In this document: positions 17,671-28,096 of the stretch, in pieces
How positions within the stretch are numbered: position 1 is the first letter of the stretch
Layout of the letters: each line of letters starts with the position of its first letter
Assembly (NCBI GenBank): GCA_043799675.1
Contig: JAZDNN010000025.1
Location: 1-64,000, forward strand
Reading direction: 5' to 3'
DNA: 64,000 nucleotides
Source of the DNA: Candidatus Aenigmatarchaeota archaeon
Lineage (GTDB): Archaea; Aenigmatarchaeota; Aenigmatarchaeia; Aenigmatarchaeales; JACQIB01
Program-made: the position numbers and the translations under genes
The notes under the pieces: model-generated
Database searches by the model: none
What the model was told of the DNA's origin: nothing
The model's input: the letters and a program-made list of their open reading frames with translations, nothing else

Positions 17671-19938
17671 ATGCAATTTAGAAAGATAGTCGCCCTTGGT
17701 GGTGCGGCGTTGATGGCAGGAATGTCATTCGCTATGCCCACGTTGGCGGCAATTACGAACGTTGCGGACATCGGCAACATGGCGGGAGTGACCGGAACAG
17801 CGGCAAACTTCCCGACATTCATTGTCGGTGCAGACGCGAAGACAAGTGACGTAGCTGCGGCAATAAACCTTGCCAGCTACATGGCAGGAAACGTTTACAC
17901 AACCAGCAGTGTGTCGTTTTCCGGAAGTGCAGCGGGCGCGAACGGAGTGACTCTGCGAGAGGAACTCGGTTACACGCTTGCAAAGACCAAGGACTTTGAC
18001 CTCACCAGCTCGTTGGTGATAACACCGGCGACGAGGAGCGGCAGGTCCGCGAGCTTCCTGAAGGACACCTCGATAAGCGTCGGCAGCACATCCTACAACT
18101 ATTTCGAGGAGATCGTGCTGAACGGTGCGCAGTCGACCAGCTACTGGAACCTGACCTGCATAGATACCAGCACATCAACGACCTATGAAACAGGAAAGAA
18201 GGATATCGGTCTGTATGTACCTGCGACAACCAATGCCGCAAACCTGCAGTACAGGATAATCTTCGACACAGCTCTGCCGTTCTTGGGATCGAACCTGACC
18301 GGCCAGTCGCTGACCTTCCTGGGACAGGAATACACGGTGACAGGCACTCCGACCGCATCCGGCGGAGGACCCAACGAGCTTAGGTTGTCACCGTCGGCTG
18401 GCGCGCAGTTCGTTGCATACCAGCAGTCGGCAACCATAGCGGGCTACACCGTTAAGGTGATAGCAATCGGAACCGCCTCGACTGACAAGGTCGGACTCGA
18501 GATAACAAAGAATGGACAGAGCACGACCGTGTCGATAGCGCAGGGCGGCAGCCAGACAGTTACCGTCGGCGGCTCGACCACGACAATCGGCATCTCGAGC
18601 ACCACACCCGGAACGGGCGGAGGCGCTCAGATAACCGTCGGCACCGCAGCAATGGTGCTGAGGAACGGCGCGGAGATCAAGGACACAAGCGGAAAGGTCC
18701 TTTACCCGGGCTGGCAGATTGCCTTGGGCGGAACAACCGAAGGAATAACCCACATAAACCTGACAAACACGAGGGCGCACAACTCACCCACCGGTGACAC
18801 ACCGTTGCTCATACCCGGAGCGTCAATAGCGGCCCCGACCGGCTACTTCGAGCTGAAGAACGTCGGAATCGAGGAGCGCAGCAAATACAAGATCGTCGTG
18901 TCAGCTGTTCAGCAATCGAACATCAACGACGATGTGACCGGAAACGAGAACGGCATAAAGGTGGAAGCAAAGGACGGGGCGACCGACTCCCTTGTCAAGG
19001 TAATTGACACCGGATCGGCGTTCACCGACACCATAGCCTGGGACAACACAAACCTGCGATGGGTTTACTACAACTCATCGAGTCAGTGGTCGCCGTTCAC
19101 AACGGGCGCAACTACGATAAACCTGCCGTTGACAGACGGAAACCTCGGATTCAAGGCATACAACTCGACCCCGGAATCTGATGGAAGCTTCCTTGCACCC
19201 ACGACTGCAAACGCCAACGTGACACTGTACATAAATGAACCAACGTTGTCTGAGAGCACCAATGTGGGCAGGTGGTATGTTGAGTTCCACGACAAAGCCA
19301 CAGACGGCGCGAAGTTCTCGGACTTGGGCACTTCGTCCGGATCGACCGACGCCTACACCTACCTCAGCTATAGCAAGGACTCGGTTGCACAGGGATTGTG
19401 GGACAGCAGCAACACCAAGGTACGAACCACGTATGTCTCGTCTTACGGCACGGACCTGTTGTCCGGCAGTCAGACCGAGATAGACCTGGCAGTACCGAAG
19501 GCGCAGAACTACTGGGACATCGTATTCGGACTCTCGTCCGGATCGGCATCCACGGGCGGCTCGGCTGTAAGCAAGAACCCCGTGAGAATAACCGGCGATG
19601 TTGCAGTGCTGGACACCGAAGTCACGGACTTCGCCCAGATGACCAGTGACATGGTCGTCGTGGGAGGGCCCGCGATAAACAAGGCAGCGGCAACGCTGCT
19701 TGGTGTGACCTACCCGGCACACGGAGCGTCATCGGGAATAACCGCTGACACCGCGATGGTACGGGTCTTCCAGAACGCCTTCAGCTCAGGACACGTCGCA
19801 GTGTTGATAGCTGGATACGAGGCGCAGAACACCGACATGGCAACGGCAGTGATACAGGCCGGCAAGCTGACGCAGACTGTACCGAAGGTGCAGATCAGCG
19901 GAAGCGTTTCGTCGCCTGTGATCGAGGCTGTAGCTTAA
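17671..19938 (+). CDS. S-layer protein (Methanococcales-type N and C domains)
   Basis: Signal peptide, IVGADAKTSDVAAAINLA, C-terminal VVVGGPAINKAA and VLIAGYEAQNT; S/T/G-rich with NxS/T sequons. Confidence 0.9.
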   Translation: MQFRKIVALGGAALMAGMSFAMPTLAAITNVADIGNMAGVTGTAANFPTFIVGADAKTSDVAAAINLASYMAGNVYTTSSVSFSGSAAGANGVTLREELGYTLAKTKDFDLTSSLVITPATRSGRSASFLKDTSISVGSTSYNYFEEIVLNGAQSTSYWNLTCIDTSTSTTYETGKKDIGLYVPATTNAANLQYRIIFDTALPFLGSNLTGQSLTFLGQEYTVTGTPTASGGGPNELRLSPSAGAQFVAYQQSATIAGYTVKVIAIGTASTDKVGLEITKNGQSTTVSIAQGGSQTVTVGGSTTTIGISSTTPGTGGGAQITVGTAAMVLRNGAEIKDTSGKVLYPGWQIALGGTTEGITHINLTNTRAHNSPTGDTPLLIPGASIAAPTGYFELKNVGIEERSKYKIVVSAVQQSNINDDVTGNENGIKVEAKDGATDSLVKVIDTGSAFTDTIAWDNTNLRWVYYNSSSQWSPFTTGATTINLPLTDGNLGFKAYNSTPESDGSFLAPTTANANVTLYINEPTLSESTNVGRWYVEFHDKATDGAKFSDLGTSSGSTDAYTYLSYSKDSVAQGLWDSSNTKVRTTYVSSYGTDLLSGSQTEIDLAVPKAQNYWDIVFGLSSGSASTGGSAVSKNPVRITGDVAVLDTEVTDFAQMTSDMVVVGGPAINKAAATLLGVTYPAHGASSGITADTAMVRVFQNAFSSGHVAVLIAGYEAQNTDMATAVIQAGKLTQTVPKVQISGSVSSPVIEAVA

Positions 19939-19940
19939 AA

Positions 19941-19988
19941 CCCCAAACTTTGGGGGACGTTTTCGTCCCCCTCTATTTTTCTTTTTTC
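19941..19988 (+). terminator. hairpin plus T-tract terminator after the S-layer gene
   Basis: gggggacg-tttt-cgtccccc followed by tctattttttcttttt. Confidence 0.75.
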
Positions 19989-20066
19989 GCCATCCAGCGC
20001 CAGCTATTGACCGGCCAAAACCAAGTGCGCGGGATGAACAAAGCATATTAAGCTTGCTGCGGAGGA

Positions 20067-20645
20067 ATGGACATGCAAAAAAGCGTTGCACTGGTGATGC
20101 TGGTATTGGTGATAGCCGCCTCCGGCTGCATCGGGCAGTCCGAATCCGACCCCTATCGTCTGACCTATGCGGGACAGAGCATGAAGTTCAGGGCCAACCT
20201 GCAGGAGGCGCAGAACGTTCCGGTGAACGATGCGAATGCGGCCCGCGAGATGCTTTTTGATGTGGACGTGAAGAAGGTTTACCTGGCATTTGTTCCGAGC
20301 GACCGGACCTTCCGCTCGGTCAGCGGAAACGCCACTTACACGGCTCTCTACGGCACCGTCGGGTTCGAGCTGGCCTATAAAATAGGTGCGGTCTGGGGCG
20401 TGAACTTCGGGGAGTATGCGCCACTGGAAACGGTGGTCCTGAACAGCTCTGCCGAGGCCGCTTCGCTCGCGACCCGCGAGACCCCGCTGATATTGATGGT
20501 CGCAGGCGCGCCTGAGACTTCCGTAGTGGTCAGCGACAACATGATAACGGTCAACGGGGAGAATATGGAGGAGATTGACAGGGCGTACACCGACCTCGAC
20601 CTCGCTGCAGACAAGTTGATCCTGGTTCTGATGGGGCGCGATTGA
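20067..20645 (+). CDS. predicted lipoprotein
   Basis: Lipobox AASGC-IGQ. Confidence 0.75.
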   Translation: MDMQKSVALVMLVLVIAASGCIGQSESDPYRLTYAGQSMKFRANLQEAQNVPVNDANAAREMLFDVDVKKVYLAFVPSDRTFRSVSGNATYTALYGTVGFELAYKIGAVWGVNFGEYAPLETVVLNSSAEAASLATRETPLILMVAGAPETSVVVSDNMITVNGENMEEIDRAYTDLDLAADKLILVLMGRD

Positions 20646-20646
20646 G

Positions 20647-21900
20647 ATGCTCATCTCGCCGTGGGTGGACGTTGCCTATCTCACTTTCGCCGCCGTCTCG
20701 ATTTTCATGTCCTTCCTATTTTTCCTGCTGTATGCGCGCAACCGGAAGAGCCTGCACCTGTCATCGATGCTTTCCACCCTTCCTTCAATCTCAATCATAG
20801 TTCCCACCTTCAACGAGAAGCTGACCATAGCAGGCACGCTGGAAGCTTTGCTGAAGCTGGACTATCCGAAGGAGAAGCTGGAGACCATCGTGGTGGATGA
20901 CGGCAGCACCGACGGCACTTCGGAGGTCGCGAAGAGGTTCCCGAGGATAAGGCTGATAAGGAAGAAGAACGGCGGAAAGGCTTCGGCCTTCAACGCCGGC
21001 CTTGCGGTATCCAAGGGCGAGCTTGTCGCCTGCGTCGACAGCGACAGCAGGCCGGCCCGGGATTCCCTGCTGAAGATCATCCCTTTCTTTTCCGACCCGA
21101 AGGTCGCCGCGGTGACCACTTCCATCTTCGTCAGGGAGGCGCACAACATCATACAGCGGCTGCAGCGCATAGAATACCTGATGATAGTCTGGGCGCGCAA
21201 GCTCCTGGAATTCATGGATTCGGTCTATGTCACGCCGGGCCCGCTCTCGGTCTACCGTGCTTCGGTGCTGAAGCAGCTGGGCGGTTTCGATGAGAAGAAT
21301 CTTACCGAGGACATCGAGATAGCTTGGAGGCTCATGCATGCCGGCTATTCCATAAAGATGGCCTCGGACGCGGAGGTGTTCACCTCCGCACCTTCCACTT
21401 TCAGGAACTGGTGGAGGCAGCGGATGCGCTGGAACATCGGGGGCATGCAGACCACCGTGAAATATAAGGCATCCCTTTTCAGGCGCGGCTTCGGCGCCCT
21501 CGGCACGTTCGTGATACCGTTCTTTTCCGCGAGTTACATGCTTTCCATCCTGGGACTGTTCGTGTTCGCGTATGTGATAATCAAGATGCTTTCGGATTTT
21601 GCGGCCGTTTCCTGGCTTGCCTTCGGTGCCGGTACTAATCCGCTGTATTACGGGAACTTCATGCTCCTGCCGGACGTGTTCTCGGTGTTCGGCGTGATGA
21701 TTTTCACCCTGAGCCTTGCCTGGATTGCCATCAGTCTGCGCGAGGTCGGGAAGGGCATAGGCGGCCTCAGGGCACTTCCCGATTTACTTCTCTATCTGGT
21801 CGTGTACATAACCGTCTTCCCGTTCAATCTCCTTCATTCATCCGTCCGCTTTTTAGCGGGTGACAGCCATGACTGGAAGAGGTATTCGGGGGTCTCATGA
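20647..21900 (+). CDS. processive GT2 glycosyltransferase (PgaC/cellulose-synthase-like)
   Basis: VDDGSTD, DSD, LTED and QRMRW motifs; C-terminal TMs. Confidence 0.9.
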   Translation: MLISPWVDVAYLTFAAVSIFMSFLFFLLYARNRKSLHLSSMLSTLPSISIIVPTFNEKLTIAGTLEALLKLDYPKEKLETIVVDDGSTDGTSEVAKRFPRIRLIRKKNGGKASAFNAGLAVSKGELVACVDSDSRPARDSLLKIIPFFSDPKVAAVTTSIFVREAHNIIQRLQRIEYLMIVWARKLLEFMDSVYVTPGPLSVYRASVLKQLGGFDEKNLTEDIEIAWRLMHAGYSIKMASDAEVFTSAPSTFRNWWRQRMRWNIGGMQTTVKYKASLFRRGFGALGTFVIPFFSASYMLSILGLFVFAYVIIKMLSDFAAVSWLAFGAGTNPLYYGNFMLLPDVFSVFGVMIFTLSLAWIAISLREVGKGIGGLRALPDLLLYLVVYITVFPFNLLHSSVRFLAGDSHDWKRYSGVS

Positions 21901-22559
21901 TGCAGGGCGATATCATCTGGAAGGCGGCTTTGCTCACCGCGATAGTGTTCATTGCAGGCATAGCCGTCGGCATCTGGATGGACAACCAGCGAGTTGACCA
22001 GACCAGGGAGAACATTAACAACATCGACCTGGAGTGGAACGATGCCAGGCTGACCTCATTATATTATCAGCAGCTGGCCGCGAACGACAGCGCCTTCTGC
22101 AGCGCCGCGATGGATGCCAACCTCGCGTTCAACGACCGCATCTACCAGGAGGGGCTGACCATAGAGAGGTACGAGAGCGTGAACCGTTTCGCGCCGGAGC
22201 TGCTTCAGGAGAAGAAGCGGTATGCGCTGCTGCAGCTCCAGTTCTGGCTGAACAGCATCGAGCTGAAGAAACAGTGCGGCGCGACCTACCATATGCTTGT
22301 CTATTTTTACGACCATTACAACAGCGGCCTTGAAAATGTCCAGGCTGCCCAGTCGATGATACTGAGCGAGCTGAAGGACAAGTGCGGTGGCAGCTTGATG
22401 CTGGTCCCGCTGCCGCGCGATCTTGACATCTCGACCATATCTCTCCTTACCGCGCAGTACAACATCACATCCTCCCCTAGTATCCTGCTTGACGGCAAGG
22501 TGTTTGCGGGCCTGACCGGCAAGGACGCGCTTGTGCCGTTGCTCGGTTGCGGAAGCTGA
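21897..22559 (+). CDS. membrane-anchored protein with thioredoxin-like C-terminus
   Basis: N-terminal TM, LVYFY, YNITSSPSILLDG; translationally coupled to the GT2 gene. Confidence 0.7.
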   Translation: MMQGDIIWKAALLTAIVFIAGIAVGIWMDNQRVDQTRENINNIDLEWNDARLTSLYYQQLAANDSAFCSAAMDANLAFNDRIYQEGLTIERYESVNRFAPELLQEKKRYALLQLQFWLNSIELKKQCGATYHMLVYFYDHYNSGLENVQAAQSMILSELKDKCGGSLMLVPLPRDLDISTISLLTAQYNITSSPSILLDGKVFAGLTGKDALVPLLGCGS

Positions 22560-22564
22560 ATTCT

Positions 22565-23941
22565 TTACCGGTTTAGTTTCCATATCTCGGCCGATTCGCA
22601 GCTCCACAGCAGCATTGAATCGTCGTCGATGTTGTCCGCCTTCGTTCCTATGTCAGCCCTTGTCCAGAGGTAGTACGCGTGCATGCCTGCCGAGTTCCCT
22701 ATCTCGCCCACGGGCAGGGATTCGCGATGCGTGTAGTGGTAGATTACGGGTGAGTTGCGGCTGTATATTGTTGCATCGCTTTCGGTTGTTCTGAGGTAAT
22801 CAACCGCCTTCAGAAAGCAGGCGTTCTCCGGTGTGTCGGCGTTGACAGCGGCCTGCCAGAACTGGTTCATGAGCGTTCCGGCAGTGAGGAGCAATACGAT
22901 GGTTCCTGCAAGCATCTGTCGGCGCGGCACAGATTCGATTGCAACCGCTGCCAGCCCCGCTATCGCCGGAGCCCCTATCAGCAGGAAGCGCATCTCCTTG
23001 TGCGGCATGAGCATGGAGAAGGCAAGTGCCCCTGCGAACCAGAACAGCAGCAGAAGGTTCGCCGGGTTTCTCTTGCGCAAGGCTATGGCGGCGCCAAAGA
23101 TTGCCGCAATTCCGACCGCCGCAAAAGACTCAAGCCAGTGATCGAAGTAGAAGGTTGCCGACTGGGTGCCGCCCCAGTAGTACATCGCGCGGCCTGAATG
23201 GATCAACGGTCCGAGCGGGGTGCCGTATTCCGTGAATCCGTACCAGAGCCAGGGCATGAGCGTCATGAAGCACGCGGCGAGCGAAATCCACAGCCACCTG
23301 TCCTTCAGGAACTTCACGTTTCTGTGCCGTACCAGCATGTATGCCAGGAGGATTGCCGGAAGCCAGATGAACGTCAGCCGTGTCAGAACGGACAATCCGA
23401 GGACAACACCGCTTGCCACCTTGTACCTTTTGTCTCCTTCCTCGAAGCCTCTCCAGAACAGCAGCAGGAGGATCGCACCCATAGCCGCGGCCGGCGCATC
23501 GGTGAGCATCTTTCCGGAAAAGTAGGCGAACAGCGGCATGATCATAAGAAACATTGCGGCCCACAAACCCGTCTTTCGGTTGATTGCCCTCGATACGAAC
23601 AGGTATAGCGCGGCCACTCCGATGGCCGCAACCAGCGGGACGCCGATCGTTACCGGAATGTTCAGGACATATGCTCCGGCCAGCACGTAGGGCAGGAGCG
23701 GTGACTTGTAGCCGGCTTTCCCTGGCCAGTCGTAGCTGAAATCCTCGAAATGCTTGAACGAATAATCAAACGGGTCCGAAGCTAGGTTCATTCCGAGGCC
23801 TGAATACACTCCTTCATCCCACCATATCACAGGTTCTATCACGGAGGAAACAATATTGATGATGAAGGAGGCGACGAAGAACAGTGCAGCTATTTCGATG
23901 TCGCGCATTTTCAATAGTTTCATGAAATTCATTGCTTTCAT
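22565..23941 (-). CDS. GT-C (ArnT/PMT-like) membrane glycosyltransferase
   Basis: WWDEGVY, KSPL, LTDAP, HKEMRF; many TMs. Confidence 0.85.
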   Translation of the reverse strand: MKAMNFMKLLKMRDIEIAALFFVASFIINIVSSVIEPVIWWDEGVYSGLGMNLASDPFDYSFKHFEDFSYDWPGKAGYKSPLLPYVLAGAYVLNIPVTIGVPLVAAIGVAALYLFVSRAINRKTGLWAAMFLMIMPLFAYFSGKMLTDAPAAAMGAILLLLFWRGFEEGDKRYKVASGVVLGLSVLTRLTFIWLPAILLAYMLVRHRNVKFLKDRWLWISLAACFMTLMPWLWYGFTEYGTPLGPLIHSGRAMYYWGGTQSATFYFDHWLESFAAVGIAAIFGAAIALRKRNPANLLLLFWFAGALAFSMLMPHKEMRFLLIGAPAIAGLAAVAIESVPRRQMLAGTIVLLLTAGTLMNQFWQAAVNADTPENACFLKAVDYLRTTESDATIYSRNSPVIYHYTHRESLPVGEIGNSAGMHAYYLWTRADIGTKADNIDDDSMLLWSCESAEIWKLNR

Positions 23942-25089
23942 TTTATTATCTCCGCCAGCACCACGGTGGCATAGGCGCCCGCCGGCAAGGTGAATGAGAT
24001 TGTTGCTTTCAGCTTGCCTTCGTTGAATTCGTCGGCCACAATATCGATCAGTTTCAGCTCTTCCGGAACCAGCAGCACTTTTCTCATGCCTCCGGTGGTT
24101 GCAAGGTCCGGTGAGTGGGGAAGCTTGAATTCTTTCAGGGTTATTCCCGCCTCTTCCATTATTTTCTGCATTTCAACATGCAGTTTGTTCTTTTTATCAA
24201 AAACGGTATCGTATCCGGGCAGCGGGAGCTCCTGCTGCTCTGGCTTATTCTTCCATTCCTTCTCCACGGTCTTGTTCCAGATTTCCGCCTGGACCGCGTT
24301 GATGAACATCTTCCTCAGCCTCTTCGGCAGCCTCCTCAGGGCAGCGGCAAAGTCGGTCGGCAGCTTGGACAGGCTGTCCAGCATGCTTCGTTCAAAGTCC
24401 AGTCTCTCGGGAAAAAGCTTGAGCGCCTCCAGATAGCCTTCCTTCGTTCCCCATTTCTTGTTCAGTTCTGCCCTCGCTGTTGCCGCATCCTCCATCTCGC
24501 CCTCGAACTCCTTCGCAAGGTATATCCTGCACGCCCCTTCGATGTCCCCTTTCAGCAGCGCTTTTCCTACGAGGGCAGTCACGGGCCTGGTGGTTCCGAA
24601 CCGCTGCTCCCCGAACACGTTCGGTATCCCTTTTTCCATTTCCTTGAACAATGCTTCCAATCTTTTCTTCAGCGTCTTCTCGTCCAGCTCGATTCCTCTG
24701 ATAGTGACTTCGAACCTGTTGCCTTCAGAATCCCCGAGAACTATCCGCTCGCTTGATTTCGAGAAGTCCGAGAGCTTGAGGCCCCGTATGCTTACCCTGC
24801 TTAGCTGCTCCTCGGGAATTTTCCAGACGCTGACCCTTTGCCTTGTCACCGCTCTCCTGTCCTTTGTCCCGGCCACTCCGAGCCTTTTGATGCTCACCCG
24901 TAGCGCCCTTGCCAGCGTTTGCAGTGCCCGGTTCGCGTCCCAGTTCCATTTCTCCAGCGTGAACAAGGTGTATTCGTTCTCTTCAGGCTTTTCGCTTACG
25001 GGCTTCTGCTTCGGTATTTCCCAGACCTGGAAATCCTCTATCCTTTCCTTGATTTTTCCGCCTGTGCCTTCGGATTTGGTCCAGTGCAT
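23938..25089 (-). CDS. truD: tRNA pseudouridine(13) synthase
   Basis: EDFQVWE, AGTKDRRAVTRQ, GNRF, PNVFGEQRFG, FTLPAGAYAT. Confidence 0.95.
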   Translation of the reverse strand: MHWTKSEGTGGKIKERIEDFQVWEIPKQKPVSEKPEENEYTLFTLEKWNWDANRALQTLARALRVSIKRLGVAGTKDRRAVTRQRVSVWKIPEEQLSRVSIRGLKLSDFSKSSERIVLGDSEGNRFEVTIRGIELDEKTLKKRLEALFKEMEKGIPNVFGEQRFGTTRPVTALVGKALLKGDIEGACRIYLAKEFEGEMEDAATARAELNKKWGTKEGYLEALKLFPERLDFERSMLDSLSKLPTDFAAALRRLPKRLRKMFINAVQAEIWNKTVEKEWKNKPEQQELPLPGYDTVFDKKNKLHVEMQKIMEEAGITLKEFKLPHSPDLATTGGMRKVLLVPEELKLIDIVADEFNEGKLKATISFTLPAGAYATVVLAEIIK

Positions 25090-25090
25090 T

Positions 25091-25906
25091 TCATAGCCCC
25101 ATCATTCCGACGGTCAGCATGTCTCTCAGGCCCAGCGCAAGGCCGAGAATCAGGATGACCACCTTGAGGAACCGCTTGAACATCTCGCTCTCCGTGCTCC
25201 TGTCTATGTACCAAAGGACGGGCAGCACCACCGCAAGCTTGAGCGGGAACATTATCCAGGGCCCGGTGAATCCTATCAGGAACGTAGGCAGCACATGCTG
25301 CTCGTAGTAGCCGAAGAATGTAAGGGCAACGAAAGTGCTGCTCGCATCAAGGAGATGGGCGGCCATTATTGTCGTGTTGAACCTGGTCAACAGCTTTTTG
25401 CTCGCAGGCCAGAATTTCCTTATTGCCAGCAGGAGCAGCGCCCATCCGCCCGCAATTCCGGCAATCGTCAGTAAGCCTGTCATGTTGGGCAGACCTGAAA
25501 CGGCCGTCACGGCAAAATCGTAGGCCAACAGAACTGCCCCTATCACAACCATGACCTTCCAGTAGGGAATCTTGAATTTTCTCTCGAGCAGGATCCCGAG
25601 CAGCAGGCTTGCTATCGTGATGCCGAACACGATGATGTAAATGGGCGGGCTGCACCACCACCATGCGTCATTGTATATTCCCAGCATGTGGTCCCTCAGG
25701 GCCCGCGTCCATGCCCCGTAGATGATGAATGGCAACAGGGAAAGCAAGAAGTTCCGGTTGATTTCCACATTGAGCTTTTGCAGCAGCTTGTAGATGCCTG
25801 CAACGGCCAGCACGAGGATTATGCCGTAGGTCGCGGTGCCTATCGGGGTGTAATACCTGCACAAGGGAGCGGAGAAGTTCTCTATGAAAAAGCTGGCGAG
25901 GTCCAT
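25091..25906 (-). CDS. DUF63 family membrane protein
   Basis: AHLLDASST, GYYEQHVL, LGLALGLRDML. Confidence 0.85.
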   Translation of the reverse strand: MDLASFFIENFSAPLCRYYTPIGTATYGIILVLAVAGIYKLLQKLNVEINRNFLLSLLPFIIYGAWTRALRDHMLGIYNDAWWWCSPPIYIIVFGITIASLLLGILLERKFKIPYWKVMVVIGAVLLAYDFAVTAVSGLPNMTGLLTIAGIAGGWALLLLAIRKFWPASKKLLTRFNTTIMAAHLLDASSTFVALTFFGYYEQHVLPTFLIGFTGPWIMFPLKLAVVLPVLWYIDRSTESEMFKRFLKVVILILGLALGLRDMLTVGMMGL

Positions 25907-25910
25907 GTTC

Positions 25911-26249
25911 TCACAGGAGCTTGAGCTTTCCGGTTATCTTGTCTATCTTGGCATCCTCATCAGGCCCTATCCCGACCGCGGTTGCCGTTGATTCAGGGAC
26001 CTGCGTGAGCCCCTTGTCTATGATGAGCACTGCCGGAAGTTTCGCTCGCACGGCATCACCGTATATCTTCATCAGTTCGTCCTCGTCCTTGACCTTGAGC
26101 ACCACCTTCTTCGAGCCCTCCTCCTTCCATTCGGCCTTCTTCTCCGGGTCGGCCTTCATGAACGCGGACAGGCTCGCATGGCTTGCCTGCGAGGCAATTT
26201 TCCCCTTCCCCATCTTCAGGTCGGTCCTCAGCACTATCGCCTGCTTCAT
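25911..26249 (-). CDS. pth2: peptidyl-tRNA hydrolase Pth2
   Basis: RTDLKMGKGKIASQASHA, DKGLTQV, GIGP, ITGKLKLL. Confidence 0.97.
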   Translation of the reverse strand: MKQAIVLRTDLKMGKGKIASQASHASLSAFMKADPEKKAEWKEEGSKKVVLKVKDEDELMKIYGDAVRAKLPAVLIIDKGLTQVPESTATAVGIGPDEDAKIDKITGKLKLL

Positions 26250-26286
26250 GCAAACACTTTCGTGCCTAGTTTATTAAACGCCGCTG

Positions 26287-26742
26287 GTGCAATCATTCAC
26301 TGTGCTTTCAATTGAAGAGCTCGGCCTGCTCGGTCTGTTTGCGAACACCTTCCTGGCCGCCTCGATCCTGCCGCTCCCTTCCGAACCCTCGATAGTGCTG
26401 GCTGCCGGCTTCTTCAACCCCTGGCTTGTCCTGATTGTTTCTGTCATCGGGGGCGTGCTCGGTGCCGCGACCAACTATTACATCGGCCTGAAAGGGCTGC
26501 ATAATTTTTTCGCCAAACGAAGCCCGAGGAGCGAGAGGAAGGCCCGGAAGCTCCTGGAGAAGTACGGCATCCTTGTCCTGCTTGTCGCACCCTGGATACC
26601 GTTTGTCGGGGACCCGATGATGATCGCCGTCGGTGCCTTGAAGATGGAGAAGAAGGTCTTTTTTCCGGTGATAACCGTCGCAAGGATAATCAAGACCGTC
26701 GCGCTGATATTCCTTTCAATCGGCCTGTTCTCACTTGGCTGA
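26287..26742 (+). CDS. DedA/YqaA (VTT domain) membrane protein
   Basis: FLAASILPLPSEP, GAATNYYIG, PFVGDP. Confidence 0.9.
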   Translation: MQSFTVLSIEELGLLGLFANTFLAASILPLPSEPSIVLAAGFFNPWLVLIVSVIGGVLGAATNYYIGLKGLHNFFAKRSPRSERKARKLLEKYGILVLLVAPWIPFVGDPMMIAVGALKMEKKVFFPVITVARIIKTVALIFLSIGLFSLG

Positions 26743-27246
26743 TTTAAAACCGAGCCTGAAGCTGCCGAGCATCAGTGCGGATGATACCAGGGCGGCCGCA
26801 AGGTAGGCATAGCCCGTGAATCCGAGCAGCTTCTGCAGGAAGAACACCGCCGGGAAAATCACGCCGTTGAGGGTGGTCGGCATCCCGATGAAGAACGGGG
26901 TGTTGGTCACGTTGAACCTTGCAAGCCTCAGCAGGCTTGCGGTCAGGAATATCGCAGCCACCGCATAGCCGAAATAGTTGTTGGTTGAGATTGAGATGAG
27001 GAACGCGGGCGCGGCCCCGAAAGATATCAGGTCCGCGAAGTCCAGCGCCTTCCCGAACGGCGTCCCTCCGCCCATCATCCTAGCGACCTTCCCGTCTATC
27101 GCATCGAAGAACGTCGCCGCCAGCATCGCCAGAATTCCGTTGAGCATGTTCCCGTGCGAGAAGTACACTATCGCGGCCATCCCGCTCAGCGCATTCATGA
27201 CGGTAAGGGCATCGGCCGGTTTCAGGTATTTTGTTATTTCTTCCAT
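26731..27246 (-). CDS. CDP-alcohol phosphatidyltransferase (archaetidylserine synthase-like)
   Basis: DAIDGKVAR...GKALDFADLISFG, LRLARFN, FIGMPT. Confidence 0.9.
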   Translation of the reverse strand: MEEITKYLKPADALTVMNALSGMAAIVYFSHGNMLNGILAMLAATFFDAIDGKVARMMGGGTPFGKALDFADLISFGAAPAFLISISTNNYFGYAVAAIFLTASLLRLARFNVTNTPFFIGMPTTLNGVIFPAVFFLQKLLGFTGYAYLAAALVSSALMLGSFRLGFKSAK

Positions 27247-27800
27247 CACCACGGCACCTTCTTCGCGTTCATCTTGTAGGCCATTATGTTCACTGTCCTG
27301 TGCATCAGCGGCGTGAATATTATCATCACAAGGAACATCCATAAGGTTATCGGTACGAACCACATCGAAAAGAACACCGCCCCGACTATGAAGTTCAGCT
27401 GGTCCAGCAGCGGGGCCTTCGCGCCCGGCTGCAGATTCATCCTCCGTTTTATGAACGAGCCCGTCACGTCCCCCAGCATCGCACCGAGTCCTATCATGAA
27501 CGCCCCCAACGCTGTCATGTGCGGCAGTGCTACCCCCCACCGCGAGGCAAACACGTTCAGCTGCGGTTCCAGATAGGCCTCGAGAAGGCCTATCAGCGTC
27601 CCCGCTATCACTCCCATTCCGAAGCCTTCGACGGTCTTGTGGTCCCCGAATATCCGCCTGCCGTCGGGCATTTTTTTCCAGAAATCCAGCGGCAGCCTCC
27701 CCTTCGCCAGCGGCGGGAAGACGTTCGCCGCATACGCCGGGAAAAGTATCCACCACGCGAACACGAACTGCATCCACCAGAAGGGCGTTTCCAGGACCAT
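27246..27800 (-). CDS. carS: CDP-archaeol synthase
   Basis: PAYAAN, PLDF...DGRRIFGDHKTVEG, GDVTGSFIKRR, LLDQLNF. Confidence 0.93.
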   Translation of the reverse strand: MVLETPFWWMQFVFAWWILFPAYAANVFPPLAKGRLPLDFWKKMPDGRRIFGDHKTVEGFGMGVIAGTLIGLLEAYLEPQLNVFASRWGVALPHMTALGAFMIGLGAMLGDVTGSFIKRRMNLQPGAKAPLLDQLNFIVGAVFFSMWFVPITLWMFLVMIIFTPLMHRTVNIMAYKMNAKKVPW

Positions 27801-27834
27801 GGATACGGATGTATTTCCGCCCTTTTAAGCGATT

Positions 27835-28089
27835 TCAAACCAGCGTGACGGCTATCACTTCGACCTCGCCGACGCCGGGTACCTTCCTTATTGCCGATTC
27901 AAGCTTGTCGGTCCCTCCGCCCTTGTCCTCGGCGGTTATCACGATCTTCAGCGCCTTGAGTCCGAACGCCAGCGGTTCGATCTGCGAGTCCTGAACCTTC
28001 ACGAGCTTTGCGATACCTTTTTTGACATTCTCCAAATCGACATCCTGATCGGCTGGCATTATCTTCAGCTCTATCGCAACGAGTCCCAT
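27835..28089 (-). CDS. ef1b: elongation factor 1-beta
   Basis: KIMP...VDL, EPLAFGLKAL, GGTDKLE. Confidence 0.95.
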   Translation of the reverse strand: MGLVAIELKIMPADQDVDLENVKKGIAKLVKVQDSQIEPLAFGLKALKIVITAEDKGGGTDKLESAIRKVPGVGEVEVIAVTLV

Positions 28090-28096
28090 CGAATCA

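Noticed and set aside
17366..17689. 107-aa ORF, or RNase P / SRP RNA, upstream of the S-layer gene
   Set aside because: The ORF has an unnatural composition and overlaps the S-layer start, and I could not find RNase P or SRP signature motifs.
26731..27777. 348-aa ORF suggesting a CarS-PssA fusion
   Set aside because: The extension is an alternative frame over carS; these are two separate coupled genes.
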